Positions 24,394 through 26,552 of a stretch of DNA of 26,552 nucleotides are shown here, one piece after another. The number at the start of each line of letters is the position of its first letter. Positions within the stretch are counted from its first letter, which is position 1. The stretch is from a virus. Lineage: Duplodnaviria; Caudoviricetes. The translations under genes were made by a program, and so were the position numbers. The stretch covers positions 1 through 26,552 of IMG/VR virus record IMGVR_UViG_3300048598_000128. One strand, given 5' to 3'. The notes under the pieces are model-generated. The model made no database searches. It was not told the DNA's origin and worked only from the letters and a program-made list of their open reading frames with translations.

Positions 24394-24869
24394 AAATTTT
24401 CCTGCGCCTCCACCGCCAAGCCGAACTCCTTGCGGATCTCGAACAGGATTTCGGCGACCAGCGATTCCGGCCCGACCCGGTGCAGCGAGTCGACGTCAAC
24501 CGGCTGCCCGTCGATGGTGAGCCCGTCAACGGACACGAGCCCGACTTCGATCATCGCGGGGTAGATCGCTTCGGAGTTCAACTGGTCGATCTTGGTCCCG
24601 ACCTCGCGCAGGGTTCTCCGATCGGAGCGCGGCAGTTGATCCATGCGGACTTCGCTGAACGCCTTCTCGTCCATCCCCATCCGCTCGCGGATGGCGTCGA
24701 CTAGATCCTCGCGCTGCTCGATCAGGTCGGCTTGCTCGCGCAGGGCGCCTGCGGTTTCGAGCCGGTATTGGTTGCGTAATCCGTCGCTGATGCGGCGGAT
24801 AGTGAAAGACACCCCCTCGAAGTCGGGGAGGCGGGATTGCACGGTTCTCGTGCTGCTGTAATTGATCAT
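24324..24869 (-). CDS. Tail assembly chaperone G (181 aa)
   Basis: ATG 24869 (MINYSS) with GAAAGGA RBS. Lies between tail tube and tape measure genes and carries the slippery heptamer near its 3' end. Confidence 0.82.
   Translation of the reverse strand: MINYSSTRTVQSRLPDFEGVSFTIRRISDGLRNQYRLETAGALREQADLIEQREDLVDAIRERMGMDEKAFSEVRMDQLPRSDRRTLREVGTKIDQLNSEAIYPAMIEVGLVSVDGLTIDGQPVDVDSLHRVGPESLVAEILFEIRKEFGLAVEAQENLGSPTTSGAAEGGKATDTAAVTA
24357..24399 (-). promoter_or_regulatory. Programmed -1 ribosomal frameshift signal
   Basis: In-frame A AAT TTA (24399-24393), 6-nt spacer, then stem CCUACC(A)CUUC / GGAGGGUGGG. Confidence 0.8.
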
Positions 24870-24873
24870 GGTG

Positions 24874-24944
24874 TCCTTTCGCGTGCGGGGCCCGTGGAAA
24901 GGAGAAAAGGCGGCCCCGCACTTCACCGCGAGGGCGACTCGCGG
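24874..24944 (-). promoter_or_regulatory. Structured intergenic RNA: two hairpins plus anti-SD
   Basis: Perfect 7-bp IR (24926-32/24938-44) and perfect 10-bp IR (24883-92/24912-21). Loop UCCUUUC (24897-903) is complementary to the RBS GAAAGGA (24874-80). Confidence 0.6.
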
Positions 24945-24960
24945 CACTTTGGCGCTGGGG

Positions 24961-26181
24961 TTACAACATCCAGATGGTGATGTCGTCCAGCGAACTGGCT
25001 GACGAACCGTGCGCTTCGGCTCCGCTGAAGTTGCGAATGAAGCGCTTTCCGGTGCTGTCGAGTTCCGGCACGGGCAACTGGACGCCCTTGCAGTAGATCC
25101 CGACAATGGAACCGGGGACGATCCCGAGCTGCATGGCTACATCGATCGGCGTCCCCTCCAGCGCGTACTTGTAGAGCAGCGCCTGGGCGGCGGTGTCCTC
25201 TGCGGTGATCGACGCATCCACCGTGATGGAGCGCACGTCGCCTTCGGGGTCCTGGCCGTAATCGGTGCCGAAATAGTCGTGCGGGATCTCGTTCCCGGTG
25301 GTGAAGTTGATCGTCGTGCTGGTCACTTTCGTGAACAGCGATCCGCCCAGGATGGCCTTTCCCTTGTATCCGGGGATCAGCCCACCGGATGTGACCGGCG
25401 ACGCCGGCTCAGTGGGGAACGCGGACAGGCCGGCCTTCATCTCGGCGTCCGCATTCGAGTCGGAGAAGTAGAGGCTGGACGTGATCCACTTCGATTCACC
25501 GGTCCAGTCAACCTTGGCAACGTCCTGGCCGAGCGTGAACTTCCCGGTCTTGACAACCGACCCGATGGCAAGTTGCTGCTCCAGCGAGGCAGGCGTGATG
25601 AAGTGCCCGATGGTCATACTTCTGATGACATCGGACAGCGCGTATTTGACCGCGGCTTTGTTGATCGTTCCGCCGCTGGTCCAGGCGCCGTTCCCCGTGG
25701 AGCCAATCAGCGAGAACGTGTTCGCGTCGGTGACCGTGACGAACCAGGCGCCGTTGGCGGCCGTGTTGCCCAGCACGCCGGTGATGTTGACCATGTCCCC
25801 GGTGGCCAGGCCGTGACTTGCCGCCGTGATGACGATGGGCGAAACGTTGGTGGCGGCCGTGATGGTCGAGGTGCCCGTCTTTACGACGCCCGCGGTCCCC
25901 ATCAGGCACACGAAGAACGGATCGAGGTCCGCCAGCGTTCCGGCCACGCCGGACGTAACCAGCGAGTGCGAACTTTCCCAGGTGGCCGACTTCCGCCCGA
26001 CGTCGCCAGCGGTCTTGGAGCGGGCTCCCGTCTTATCCTCGCGGACGAGCTTCGCCACGATCGGCGAGAATTTGCAGGAGATGTGACGCACGCAGTCGGC
26101 CGCCGCCAGGGTCGCGGCAGTCCCATAGGTGGTCTCAAGAGCGGCGTATAGCCGCTCGTTTTTCGTCATACCGATGGGCAT
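24961..26181 (-). CDS. Major tail tube protein with inserted E1-FCCH-like beta-barrel
   Basis: LYAALETTYGT start and G.RSIT....T tube motifs. Insert ITAATN.SPIVITA.SHGL.TGD.V.ITGV.G.TAANG.W.VTV.DANTFSL. Canonical position before the chaperone gene. Confidence 0.85.
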   Translation of the reverse strand: MPIGMTKNERLYAALETTYGTAATLAAADCVRHISCKFSPIVAKLVREDKTGARSKTAGDVGRKSATWESSHSLVTSGVAGTLADLDPFFVCLMGTAGVVKTGTSTITAATNVSPIVITAASHGLATGDMVNITGVLGNTAANGAWFVTVTDANTFSLIGSTGNGAWTSGGTINKAAVKYALSDVIRSMTIGHFITPASLEQQLAIGSVVKTGKFTLGQDVAKVDWTGESKWITSSLYFSDSNADAEMKAGLSAFPTEPASPVTSGGLIPGYKGKAILGGSLFTKVTSTTINFTTGNEIPHDYFGTDYGQDPEGDVRSITVDASITAEDTAAQALLYKYALEGTPIDVAMQLGIVPGSIVGIYCKGVQLPVPELDSTGKRFIRNFSGAEAHGSSASSLDDITIWML

Positions 26182-26481
26182 TTAGGCGATTTCCTCCTGG
26201 TAGCGCTGGCGCAGATCCACGAGGACCTGCCGCGCCTGTTCGATCTTGTCCTTGAACTCAGCCGGCGCATTGACCTGCGATCCCTTGCGGCCGTAGCGCT
26301 GCAATTCAGCGTCGGTGAACCCGATGGCGCTGAATTCGTCGTCAGGGATGATCGCGGCGCCGCGCGGGTGCCGGATCAGGTCAGTGGCCTGCTCGTCGGG
26401 CAATTCGATCTTCTGCCCGATGGTTTTCAACTCGGCGTCGCCGATTTTGCACTCGACGCCGACGAAACGATACACGCCCAT
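26182..26481 (-). CDS. Hypothetical phage protein (99 aa)
   Basis: RBS AAGGAG. Stop abuts the ATG of the tube gene. Confidence 0.7.
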   Translation of the reverse strand: MGVYRFVGVECKIGDAELKTIGQKIELPDEQATDLIRHPRGAAIIPDDEFSAIGFTDAELQRYGRKGSQVNAPAEFKDKIEQARQVLVDLRQRYQEEIA

Positions 26482-26493
26482 GTAAGCTCCTTG

Positions 26494-26552
26494 TTAAAGC
26501 AGGTCGACTTCCGCCGTGAGGGTGGCGGTGATCTCCTGGCGCCAGCTGGAAT
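26494..26552 (-). CDS. C-terminal fragment of upstream gene (possibly tail terminator)
   Basis: ...SSWRQEITATLTAEVDLL*. Identity inferred from synteny only. Confidence 0.4.
   Translation of the reverse strand, partial: SSWRQEITATLTAEVDLL

Larger units (their letters stand above)
2285..26552 (-). mobile_element. Siphovirus-like (pro)phage tail and lysis module
   Basis: Gene order tube, chaperone (G/GT), tape measure, Dit, hub/tip, fibres, lysis. No sheath seen. Element boundaries are not visible. Confidence 0.9.

Noticed and set aside
24883-24921. Rho-independent terminator
   Set aside because: No U-tract follows the stem on the coding strand; the pyrimidine run lies inside the loop.
24870-25106. 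N-terminal extension of the chaperone in the ORF track; similar over-long starts at 18153, 8592, 10491, 7344, 6132, 11571 and 23753
   Set aside because: They overlap neighbouring genes. Internal starts with an RBS, promoter or stop-start coupling fit better.
25009-26151. 380-aa + strand ORF
   Set aside because: Antisense shadow of the tail tube gene.
24961-26181. Contractile tail sheath or R-type tailocin
   Set aside because: Tube-type motifs and no sheath or baseplate wedge genes. A headless F-type tailocin cannot be excluded without upstream sequence.

Overview
High-GC window with two parts. (1) 1-2343 (+): the distal end of a PRTRC-type ubiquitin-like conjugation cassette (C-terminus of an upstream gene, an E2-fold protein B, a ThiF/E1 enzyme), then a hypothetical protein with an ATP-grasp-like end. 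(2) 2285-26552 (mostly -): a tightly coupled tail and lysis operon of a siphovirus-like (pro)phage. It holds a tail tube with an inserted FCCH-like domain, a tail chaperone with a clear -1 frameshift, a 1172-aa tape measure, two paralogous distal-tail proteins, a 2038-aa hub/tip/fibre protein, small fibre-like proteins (two with signal peptides), two papain-fold enzymes, a lipoprotein, a holin overlapping a signal-peptide transglycosylase, a 796-aa repeat protein and a dNMP kinase. Two opposite-strand inserts interrupt the tail operon. One is a two-gene insert with near-consensus sigma70 promoters, encoding a multi-zinc-finger protein and a probably leaderless protein with about five DNA-binding modules. 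The other is a small membrane protein gene. No integrase, att site, head genes, sheath, RNA genes or CRISPR array are visible. All family calls come from motif recognition by eye, not database searches. An Acidobacteriota-like host is only a guess.
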